This document shows positions 39,910-48,749 of a DNA stretch of 64,000 nucleotides, one piece after another. Source of the DNA: Candidatus Aminicenantes bacterium (GTDB taxonomy: Bacteria; Acidobacteriota; Aminicenantia; Aminicenantales; JAFGBC01); assembly GCA_963702005.1 (NCBI GenBank), contig OY969696.1, forward strand, positions 4,096,001-4,160,000. Direction: 5' to 3'. The notes beneath the pieces are model-generated. The model searched no databases and had not been told where the DNA came from. It saw nothing but the letters and a program-made list of their open reading frames with translations. The position numbers and the translations under genes were made by a program. How positions within the stretch are numbered: the stretch's first letter is position 1; the number at the start of each line of letters is the position of its first letter.

Positions 39910-39924
39910 AGGGTCAAGCCAACC

Positions 39925-39953
39925 TTGACATCCTCCGGACCCTGATTTATGCT
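39925..39953 (+). promoter_or_regulatory. Sigma70 promoter upstream of the candidate selenoprotein gene
   Basis: TTGACA-17-TATGCT; homologous to the module at 56340-56400. Confidence 0.65.
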
Positions 39954-40039
39954 TCCGCACGGCGGCGAGATGGGATAATCGATACGGAAATGCGCCCGCA
40001 GCCGGCTCAGAAAAAAATAAGATACCAAAGGAGATCGGA

Positions 40040-42025
40040 ATGAAGGGGACGCTTTATTTTTCCGTGGTCGCGGCCGGGCTTCTTCTTGTCGCGGCGGCCG
40101 CCCCCGCGGCCAAGACCGATTCCCAAGACGCCGCGGCCGTCTGGACCGAGCTCGGGCCGATGGGGGGCAATATCGTCGCGCTCGCCCGCCATACGAAAGC
40201 CCCCGCCAAGATCTACGCTCTGACCGGGAGCTCCCCCGGCCAATTCTTCCGGTCCGCCGACAACGGGACAAGTTGGAAGCGCATGGCCATCTTCCAGGAC
40301 ACGGCCTATGACATCGCGGTTGATCCCAATAACGGTGACATCGTCTATGTCCTTTCTTACAGTGCCCTATACAAGTCCACGAACACGGGCGATTCGTTCA
40401 AGGAAATACGCTTCCCGGAAGGCATGCACGGCGCGGGACGTATGGCCGTTCGCCCCAACGATCCTAACAACCTCTACGTCGCCGGGACCTTCCGGGCCAA
40501 CAACAAAGAGTGTCTGGCGTTTCTCAAGTCCGCGGACGGAGGACAGACCTGGACGGCGATAAAATTCGACACGGGAGCGACCTATTCAACCGCCGCCGGG
40601 ATCGCCGTCTCGTCCAAGAATCCCAACACCGTTTATTTTTGCGGACATTATTATGACGGAAAATCGCGATACTATAGCCGCGTTTATAGGTCAAGAAACG
40701 GAGGAAACGCCTGGGACAACATCACGGGGCCCATCCTGAATCAAAACAACAAAACTCCCTCCGGCCTGGCCGTCGACCCCACGAATGCGGACCGCGTCTG
40801 GGTGGCCTATAACGACGGTGTACTCCGGAGCACGAACGGGGGAACGACCTGGCTCAAACAAAACAGCTCGTCTTTCTATGGCGGCCCCGTTGCCATCGAC
40901 CCCAACCAGGTTAACACCCTCTACGCGCCGAGCGAGAGCCTCAACGACCCTGGCGTTTACAAGAGCACGGACGGCGGAATCAACTGGAAAAAATACCCTG
41001 AGGGCGTCTACGGCTACGCCAACACGATTATCATCAAAGACAACACGATCCAGGTCGGAACATCGGCCGGGATCTTCCGGAGCAAGAACGGCGGCGGTTC
41101 CTACCAAGCGGCCCACCGCGGCATCAAGGCGACCTGGATTACGACCTTCGCGCTTTCCCCGAGCTCCCCGGGGACGATCTACGCCGAGGCCTGTGACTAT
41201 ACGTATTTCAAGTCGTCAGACGGCGGAGCGAGCTGGATGAAGGGGACCGATTTTTATCGCTGCCACAGCATCATGAATTTCGCCGTCCACCCCGGAAACC
41301 CGAACACGGTCCTCATCCTGGCCGGGGGCTGATATGACGACGACGTCTACAGGTCTGTAGACGGCGGCCAGCACATCACGAACGTCCTCCACAAGAACCT
41401 CGGCGTACTTGCCGGCGATCCCCGGAACGGAAACCGCCTGATCGCGGCCGGCCAGGTCGTGGACGGAACGGCCTCCATGGGCGCCTACATCAGCTTGGAC
41501 GGCGGGTTGACCTGGTCTCCGGTCAAGATCCGGAGTGACGCTAACAGCATGGCCACCGTCGCGGCCTTCGACCCGAAAAACAAAAAAATCCTATATGTCG
41601 GCGGCCAGGACGGCGTCAGCCGGGCCTGCTTGTACAAGAGCACGAACGACGGCGCCTCCTGGACTCAGCTCGCCATCCCGGCCGGCTTCGACATCCTGTG
41701 TCTGGCCGTCGACCCCAAAGCGTCCGGCACCCTCTACTTCGGCGGCGCCAACGGAGTCTTCAAGAGCACGAACGGAGGGTCGAGCTGGACCGAGCTGACC
41801 GGGGTTTACAACGCGCAATCCATGGCCGTCAATCCCAAGAACGGGGACGAGGTTTTTGTCGGTAACTGGTCCGGCGTTTTTTACAGCAAGGACCAGGGTG
41901 CGACCTGGAAGGACCTCAGCCAGGGCATGCCCGTGAAGTCCACGAACTGGGTCGCGGTCCACCCGACGAGCCGAATCATCTACGCCGGGACCTTCAACGG
42001 CGGGCTCCTCAAGCGGAATTTCTAA
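40040..42025 (+). CDS. Secreted BNR/Asp-box beta-propeller protein, 661 aa, with candidate selenocysteine at codon 431 (TGA 41330-41332)
   Basis: ORFs 40040-41332 and 41459-42025 are in one frame, separated only by TGA; the intervening codons keep the repeat (AGG-U-YDDDVYRSVDGG); SECIS-like hairpin follows. Confidence 0.8.
41344..41363 (+). promoter_or_regulatory. Bacterial SECIS-like hairpin
   Basis: UGA + 11 nt + CGUCUAC-AGGUCU-GUAGACG; spacing and apex match the E. coli fdhF SECIS. Confidence 0.75.
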
Positions 42026-42078
42026 GGGCTGGGGAATGAGGTTTGATACTTATAAGGTAGCGAGGAGGAGGTCGAACT

Positions 42079-43305
42079 ATGAAAGCGTCGAAAACCGTCA
42101 AGCGCCGGGAGTTCATGGCCAAGGCGGGCGCCGCCGCCCTGTCCATGACCGTTCTCCGTCCGGAGCTCGTCCGGGGGACTCAAGCCAATTCCAAAATCAA
42201 GGTCGGACTCATCGGCTGCGGCGGCCGGGGCGGCTGGATCGCCGGACTGTTCCGCAAGCACGGCGGCTACGAAATCACGGCCGCGGCCGATTATTTCAAG
42301 GAGCGGGTTGACGAGGTCGGAACGACTCTCGCCGTCCCCGAATCCCGCAGGTTCACGGGTCTCTCCGGCTACAAGCGGCTGCTCGACGCGGGCGTCGACG
42401 CGGCCGTCATCGAGACGCCGCCCTATTTCCATCCCGAGCAGGCCGCGGCTTCGGTCGACGCCGGCGTCCACGTCTACCTCGCCAAGCCGGTGGCCGTGGA
42501 CGTCCCGGGCTGTAACTCCATCGCCGAGACCGGCCGGCGAGCCTCGGCGAAGAAACGCGCCTTCCTGGTCGATTTCCAGACAAGAGCCCATCCGGCCTTC
42601 ATCGAAGCCGTCACAAGGGTCCACGACGGCGGCCTGGGCGAGCTGCTTTTCGGCGAAGCCGTCTACCACGCCGAATCGCCCTGGGAGCAGTGGTACGACC
42701 TGATCAAAACGGCCCCCGAAAATCCGGAGAACCGCCTCCGGGCCTGGGGCCTGGATAGGGCGCTTTCGGGAGATATGATCACCGAGCAGGACATCCACGC
42801 CCTCGACGTCATGAACTGGGTCATGGGGACGCCCCCGCTCTACGCCCTGGGATGCGGCGGTCTCAAAGCCCGGCCGAGGGTCGGGACCTGCTGGGACCAT
42901 TTCGTCGTCACCTACCAATATCCGGACAAAGTCGGCATCCAGTTCAGCGGCCGCCAGTTCAAGGGACACGGGACGGCTGAGGGCATCAAGAACCGCATGT
43001 TCGGATCCAAGGGAGTCCTGGAGACCGAGTACGGCGGCTCCGTCCTCATCCGCGGCGAGAATTACTACAACGGCGGGAAAACGGCCGAGATCTACGAGGC
43101 CGGGGCCGTCGCCAACATCGCCTCCTTCCATCGCGCCGTCGTCGAGGGCGATTTCCGGAATCCCACCGTCGCCCCGAGCGTCCAGAGCAACCTGATCACG
43201 ATCCTCGGCCGCAAGTCGGCCTACGAGAACCGCGTCGTCGGCTGGGCGGAGCTGCTCAAGGACGGCGAGCGGCTCACGCCCGACCTCAAGGGTTTGAAGG
43301 ACTAG
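42079..43305 (+). CDS. Tat-exported Gfo/Idh/MocA oxidoreductase
   Basis: KRREFM twin-arginine leader; GLIGCGGRG; TPPYFHPE; YLAKP; EQDIHALD. Confidence 0.9.
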   Translation: MKASKTVKRREFMAKAGAAALSMTVLRPELVRGTQANSKIKVGLIGCGGRGGWIAGLFRKHGGYEITAAADYFKERVDEVGTTLAVPESRRFTGLSGYKRLLDAGVDAAVIETPPYFHPEQAAASVDAGVHVYLAKPVAVDVPGCNSIAETGRRASAKKRAFLVDFQTRAHPAFIEAVTRVHDGGLGELLFGEAVYHAESPWEQWYDLIKTAPENPENRLRAWGLDRALSGDMITEQDIHALDVMNWVMGTPPLYALGCGGLKARPRVGTCWDHFVVTYQYPDKVGIQFSGRQFKGHGTAEGIKNRMFGSKGVLETEYGGSVLIRGENYYNGGKTAEIYEAGAVANIASFHRAVVEGDFRNPTVAPSVQSNLITILGRKSAYENRVVGWAELLKDGERLTPDLKGLKD

Positions 43306-43327
43306 ACCGCCAGCTAGGAGTATCGCC

Positions 43328-44191
43328 ATGTTTAAGATCGGCCTCGGCCTCGTGTATCTCGTCTCGGCCTTGATCGCAAGTCCGGCCGCCGCCGGCACCG
43401 CCGCGGCTTCCGGAAACGGCGGGCCCGAAGTCAGGCTGGGCGTCTGCGATTGGACGATCGGAAAGTCCGGCGACCCGGCCGCGCTCGGACTGGCCGGAAG
43501 TCTGGGCCTGGACGGCGTCCAGGTCAGTCTCGCCTCCGAGGGCGATTCGCTGGCCCTCGTCCAACCCGCCTTGCGCCGCGCCTATCTCGAAGCGGCCGAA
43601 AGGACGGGTATCGCCATCGCCTCTTTCGCCATCGGCGAGCTCAACGACGTCCCGCTCAAGAGCGACCCGCGCGCTGAAAAATGGCTGGGCCAGGGCATCG
43701 AGGTCGCCCAGGCCATGGGCATCGGGATCCTCCTGGTCCCGTTTTTCGGCAAGGGAGACCTGAGAAACGATCCTCCCGGATTCGACGCCGCGGTTGCGGC
43801 CCTGAAAAGGCTCGCTCCCCGGGCCGAGAAGGCCGATGTAATCTTGGCCCTCGAGAACTGGCTCAGCGCCGGAGAGAACCTCGCAATTCTCGAGCGCGTC
43901 GGCTCGCCGGCCGTCCGGATCTACTACGACGTCGGGAACTCCCAGGACGCCGGGCATCCCATCCTCGAGGAGATCCGACTGCTCGGGGATCGCATCGCGG
44001 AATTCCATGCCAAGGATACCAAGGACCTCTACGGCAAGGGCGCGATGGATTTCCCGGCCGTTCGCAAGGCGATGGAGGACATCGGCTACCGGGGCTGGCT
44101 CATCCTGGAGGGCACCAAGACGCCGCTGGGGGTCGAGAAGAGCATCCGCTACGACGCGGACTACCTGAAGGAAGTCTTCGCGGTCAAATGA
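43328..44191 (+). CDS. Exported sugar phosphate isomerase/epimerase (xylose-isomerase-like TIM barrel)
   Basis: Signal peptide; LALENW, YYDVGNS, FHAKD, LILE metal ligands. Confidence 0.85.
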   Translation: MFKIGLGLVYLVSALIASPAAAGTAAASGNGGPEVRLGVCDWTIGKSGDPAALGLAGSLGLDGVQVSLASEGDSLALVQPALRRAYLEAAERTGIAIASFAIGELNDVPLKSDPRAEKWLGQGIEVAQAMGIGILLVPFFGKGDLRNDPPGFDAAVAALKRLAPRAEKADVILALENWLSAGENLAILERVGSPAVRIYYDVGNSQDAGHPILEEIRLLGDRIAEFHAKDTKDLYGKGAMDFPAVRKAMEDIGYRGWLILEGTKTPLGVEKSIRYDADYLKEVFAVK

Positions 44192-44713
44192 CCGCGTCTT
44201 TTCATTTCCAGTCTCCATTGAGCAGGAAGCCCGCCCAGAAGTAGGGATGGGAAATGGTCCGGTCGGGATTACGGATGAACTCGATCTGAGCGAATTGAAG
44301 AGCCCGATCCTTGCTCAGTCCGGCCTTAAGGTAAGAATAAAACCGCGTCATCAGTTCCGAGGTGGCGACGTCCGCCACTTTCCATTGTGAGGCTAAGACC
44401 GTGCGAGCCCCGGCATACTGAAAGGCCCTTGTCAGGCCTATCAATCCTTCGCCGCCCATTTCTTTTCCCAGCCCTGTCTCGCAGGCGGAAAGCGTCACCA
44501 AGTCCGCGTCGATCCGCATCCTTTCGAATACTTCCCAAGCCTGGAGGATTCCGTTGTCCCGACCTTCTATTACGGCCGGGGGAATTGACAAGGCCAGTCC
44601 GGAATTAAGGGGGAACAACTCATCCAGGAAGCCATGGCAGGCGAAATGGATATAACGAACGCCCTTGCCGAGTGCTTTTGCCTTTTCTTCCGTCGCTTCT
44701 TCGCCCAGATAGA
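44169..44713. repeat. 545-bp direct repeat, left copy (pairs with 57341-57885)
   Basis: Colinear at constant offset 13172 with scattered substitutions. Confidence 0.92.
44202..44713 (-). pseudogene. Duplicated 3' fragment of the CHAT protease gene
   Basis: YLGEEATEE...HFACHG...LSACETG...GFLLNGDWK, nearly identical to the end of 57374-60754; homology stops abruptly at 44713. Confidence 0.88.
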
Positions 44714-45411
44714 AGGCCTCAGAGGAGAATGCGACCAAGCTGGAAGCACAACTGAAAACCACTCAGTTGCGAGCCCAGCAAACAGAACAGCTCACAAAAA
44801 CCCAGGATAAAACGTTAGCCATATTAGTAAAAGTGCTGTCTCACTCTCAACTCCAGGCGCTTCGCGCAGATGCTGAAGTAGCAGTCGCATTAGACCGTCT
44901 TAAGGAGCCCATAAACATTAATTGATCGGCGCTCCTAATTCGACAAGCGCCTGACGTGTATTTTTCACCCTAATCCTGCTAGCGGAATGCGGAATGAAGC
45001 TGCATTCAGGAGGATAAGCTTTTTGCCTCCTTGGATAGGCCCCACGATTTGACAGCTCAGACGGCTAACTAAAGAGAGTTATGTGGCCCCGAAATTGCAA
45101 ACGTCCGTTGACGCGGCCCGACTTCTCCATTTACGATGATTATGAGTTCGCGATCTTCATCGGCGGTCGCCAGCCGGGCGATAAAGCCGTCCTCGAAATC
45201 GTCCTGGGCGCGCTCGACGGGCCGATCACGGTGGGAGATGTGACCGTCGTCTCCCGGACGGCCGGCCTGAACCCGCCGAAACGTTTTAAGATCGAGGTGA
45301 CCTTCGGCGACTGGGAACGCGCCCGCTCGACGGTGTATCGATCCGAATCCCAAAGCCCAAACACGGGCTGAGCGGCCATCACGGATATCCGGGGACCCGC
45401 CCCGGCTCTGG

Positions 45412-46440
45412 CTATTTTGCGAAAGGGCGGAGTCTGTAACAGTAAATTTCAGGATTCGGCTGCAAGTTCCCGGAAGCGGCCTCTCCTGAACCTTCGAGGT
45501 AGAGAATATCGCCGCAGGCGTGGAGTATCCTCATGGATAAGGCGATGTCGCCGATAATGAAATGACCCTCTGTATCAAAAAGATCAAGGCGATCTTCGCG
45601 TTGAATAACAAGAAGCCCCAAATCGAGGTAATAAGGGCCATTGAAGATCAATGGCGAGCCGGACTTCTTGTTGCTACGGTCAAAATGAGGGTTCGTAAAA
45701 GATCGAATCCATCGTCCATCGGCCGCGTATTTCCGGACCTCATAATACAAAGGATTCATTTCATAGATGAAATCATCTTTATCAATGGCCATCCCGTCGG
45801 CGACCGCGCTGAATCCCATGTTTAAAACCGGCTGAGGAATGGGGGCAAAGGAAAAGACCGTACCGCCCTCCTTATCCAGCTTATGGATCGTATCGAAGGT
45901 ATCGCGATGGCCGGGCCTGACCGTCCCCGAGTACATAAAGATTTCGTTCTTGCTGTTTATATGAAGAAAATAATAGATCCTAGGTTTCCCCAGGATAGTA
46001 TCTCGATATCTATAATCTGAATCATAGATTATGATTTGATTCCGCAGAAAATCGGAAAGGAGAATCTCGTTTCCTGAATTAACGGCGACACTCACCGGAG
46101 TCGAATACTCGCCCGGTCCCTGGCCGCGTCGTCCCAATAATTGCTTAAACTTCCCCGTAGCGCTAAAAACATAGACTTGTCTCAATTGCCAGCCATCGGC
46201 AATTATTAAATTCCCTTTTGCATCTACATCTAAGTCGGTTATGGAAGCGATAGCCGATTCAGCGCTCAGCTCGAGATGAACGCTATTGACATCATCAAAT
46301 AGATCGCTTATTTTTCGCGCTGAAGCGATCGTTTGGAACTCTGGTCTTGATAATGGCGAAGCTTCAGAATTCTCTCGTCGAGAGCATTCAGCACATATTA
46401 AGATCAGAACCGCAAGACAAATCAATCCCCAGTTGCGCAT
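45412..46440 (-). CDS. 6-bladed beta-propeller (NHL/TolB-like), exported
   Basis: N-terminal hydrophobic leader with Cys; LIIADG..QVYVFS..GKF...LGRRGQGPGEY. Confidence 0.8.
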   Translation of the reverse strand: MRNWGLICLAVLILICAECSRRENSEASPLSRPEFQTIASARKISDLFDDVNSVHLELSAESAIASITDLDVDAKGNLIIADGWQLRQVYVFSATGKFKQLLGRRGQGPGEYSTPVSVAVNSGNEILLSDFLRNQIIIYDSDYRYRDTILGKPRIYYFLHINSKNEIFMYSGTVRPGHRDTFDTIHKLDKEGGTVFSFAPIPQPVLNMGFSAVADGMAIDKDDFIYEMNPLYYEVRKYAADGRWIRSFTNPHFDRSNKKSGSPLIFNGPYYLDLGLLVIQREDRLDLFDTEGHFIIGDIALSMRILHACGDILYLEGSGEAASGNLQPNPEIYCYRLRPFAK

Positions 46441-46514
46441 GATTCCTCTTCTAAGTATCCACCACGATTCTATTCTTCTGCGCTTTCATAGCGGCTTTCA
46501 AGCATAGACTAACA

Positions 46515-47153
46515 TTATCGCCCGAAATCAAGCTCTATTAGCGAATGCACTTTTTCAAAAAACCTAATATTTTTACCTTCATCCCTATAATCTGAAATAC
46601 TTGCCGCTATAATATGTTTATCATGGTTCAATAGTAATATTATGGGAGATAATATATGGGAAAATCTTTTTGCTAGTACATTCAATTCATCTCTAGCTGA
46701 TAATTCCCTAATATAAAATAAATTAATAAAGCTAACATATTGATATTGATCTATATCCGTCAATATTACTATTATATTAATTCTAGACCTTTCGATAAGA
46801 GGACGTTGAATTTGAAGCAATCTCATCTCTGCGCTGAGGCACCGATCACAAGATGACCCTCGAAGGATATACAACAGTATATATCCTTTAGCTTCATCAA
46901 ATAATCGGCATGCCTGCAAATTATATTTTTTAAGATCCTCAATATCTTTGCTCAAATCGATGCCCTCAAGGTTATGTTCAAGAATGGCTATCTGATCGCT
47001 CAAACTTAAAGTGATTTTATTTTTCCATATTTGATTCTCAGCCTTAATCTCTGTTACCTTTAATATTAGTGCCCCATTAATTAATATCATTATAGCAATG
47101 CAAATGAGTTGCCATTCTTTTAATATCGTGATCGCCCATTTCTTTACAAGCAT
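46515..47153 (-). CDS. Membrane-anchored protein with thioredoxin/peroxiredoxin-like CxxC domain
   Basis: N-terminal TM; LLYILRGSSCDRCL; SPIILLLNHDKHI cis-Pro-strand pattern; very AT-rich. Confidence 0.6.
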   Translation of the reverse strand: MLVKKWAITILKEWQLICIAIMILINGALILKVTEIKAENQIWKNKITLSLSDQIAILEHNLEGIDLSKDIEDLKKYNLQACRLFDEAKGYILLYILRGSSCDRCLSAEMRLLQIQRPLIERSRINIIVILTDIDQYQYVSFINLFYIRELSARDELNVLAKRFSHILSPIILLLNHDKHIIAASISDYRDEGKNIRFFEKVHSLIELDFGR

Positions 47154-47192
47154 TTAGCACTTTTCATATCATCTTTGTTTTCTTTTAAGTTT

Positions 47193-48332
47193 TCATATCA
47201 TATCAAGCTTAAGAGAATAAACAATCACATAAGGATTCCACTTCCCTTCTGAATTGCTTGAAATCCTAGCTCTAAGCATAAAGAGATTGTTTCCAAACGT
47301 CAGAATCCCGTGTGGCCCTGCTATATAATCAGGCATTATAATGTCGCCATATATCTTTATAAGATCTAAATCATATACATCTAAAAAGATCCGCTTTCCA
47401 TTTGGTTGATTAAATATTATTCCTATCAATTTGTCGCCAATACGAAAAATCTGAAGAATATGGCTCCAGGTTAAATGGTATTCTTTTCGCTTTTGAAAAT
47501 CTTCCTCAATGGCCTTATCCATTGGCTTTGAAGGCGGCACATAATAAATGGACCTTCCTTGAACTTGCTTAATGAGTTTTCCTCGAAAATCGAATTTTCT
47601 TATCAAATACTCATAAGGCTGAATGACAAATATGTGGTTTTCAACAATAATTATCCCTCCTCCCTTTGATTCTGTACCAGGAGCATAATTTTTCGATGGC
47701 CCACAAAACTTATTTAATATATTTCCATGCGTATCGCACTCATGAATAACTTCGCCGATTCCTTGAGGGCCTGCTGCGCCACTTGTGTAACAAAAGATCC
47801 TCCCGTCATTAGTAACGGCTAGCTTTTCTAAATAAAGCGGAATACCGAATTGATAATTATAGCGGAAGTCCTCATTGAAAATACAAACCCGCAGGAGATC
47901 CCCATCATAAACATAATAATGACCACTCTGCATATGATAGAACATATTATCAGGAAATAAATATTGCCCTTCTCCTTTTCCCTGGCTGCCAATTCTTGCT
48001 TTTCCTCTTCCCGTATGATCGAATACTAGGATTTGTCTAACCCATAAATTATCAAGAATAATAAAATCTCTCATAGAATTAACGGCCCCAAAACTCGGCA
48101 ACGGGCTTAGCTCGAACCCTGGACTTGTAAGTAAAGGAATGCGTTCAGTTTCTTCGAATAAATCGTTAAATGATTTTGTTAATATCGGAAATCTTGACTT
48201 ATAATTCGATTGCTTAGCAAGATTTCCTGAATGCTGTTGGTCCTCTAGAAAAAAGATGAAGACTAATAATACTAAAATAATACTCTCTAAAATCACCCTT
48301 ACGATCGAACATTTAAATCGGAATAGATACAA
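47193..48332 (-). CDS. 6-bladed beta-propeller, membrane-anchored
   Basis: N-terminal TM; FIILD....QILVFD..G....IGSQGKGEGQY; distant similarity to 45412-46440. Confidence 0.78.
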   Translation of the reverse strand: MYLFRFKCSIVRVILESIILVLLVFIFFLEDQQHSGNLAKQSNYKSRFPILTKSFNDLFEETERIPLLTSPGFELSPLPSFGAVNSMRDFIILDNLWVRQILVFDHTGRGKARIGSQGKGEGQYLFPDNMFYHMQSGHYYVYDGDLLRVCIFNEDFRYNYQFGIPLYLEKLAVTNDGRIFCYTSGAAGPQGIGEVIHECDTHGNILNKFCGPSKNYAPGTESKGGGIIIVENHIFVIQPYEYLIRKFDFRGKLIKQVQGRSIYYVPPSKPMDKAIEEDFQKRKEYHLTWSHILQIFRIGDKLIGIIFNQPNGKRIFLDVYDLDLIKIYGDIIMPDYIAGPHGILTFGNNLFMLRARISSNSEGKWNPYVIVYSLKLDMI

Positions 48333-48388
48333 TTATTATATTCTTTATTTGCTATTTTGAATAACCAATAATCTTTTTATAGATTTCT

Positions 48389-48589
48389 TTAATACCATAA
48401 GGCGCTTGCAGGCAAACAATGGTCATACGTAGCAGCTTCACAATGATATAGCGTTCCAGTTATATAAACCCAATCAAGCTTTGGCGGAACTGCCTCTGCA
48501 TTATTCGTAAATAGAACAAGAAGGCTCATACAACAGATAAGCAAAATGAACGTAACAACAAATACCGCAACCAACCTTTTATTTTTCAT
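48389..48589 (-). CDS. Secreted small peptide precursor A (signal + 33-aa HC-x6-HC peptide)
   Basis: GGGAGA RBS; signal peptide ending NAEA; paralogue at 51301-51501. Confidence 0.8.
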   Translation of the reverse strand: MKNKRLVAVFVVTFILLICCMSLLVLFTNNAEAVPPKLDWVYITGTLYHCEAATYDHCLPASALWY

Positions 48590-48610
48590 TCTCTTCTCCC
48601 TTTGTTTTAA

Positions 48611-48697
48611 AGAATATTATTATTATTCTGATAAATCAAGATTATTTACTTTTCCTAAATTTTTTTTACTTTTCTCTTTTTTTGCTATCTTTATACA
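48611..48697 (-). promoter_or_regulatory. Promoter/operator region of peptide A
   Basis: TTGATT-17-TATTCT; AGAATA-N7-TATTCT palindrome; upstream TGTATAAAGATA box; all conserved upstream of peptide B. Confidence 0.65.
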
Positions 48698-48749
48698 AAA
48701 CTGAAAATTATATTATTGCACAATAATCCTCACAATTCCTTACTTACTT

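Noticed and set aside
41330-41332. Genome-wide UGA reassignment (code 4/25) as the explanation for the in-frame TGA
   Set aside because: TGA ends many conserved genes at their expected C-termini in this window, and Trp is encoded by TGG.
44714-45371. Short + strand frames (EENATKLEAQ...; DDYEFAIFIGG...)
   Set aside because: They look like headless gene fragments at the island edge; no family could be assigned.
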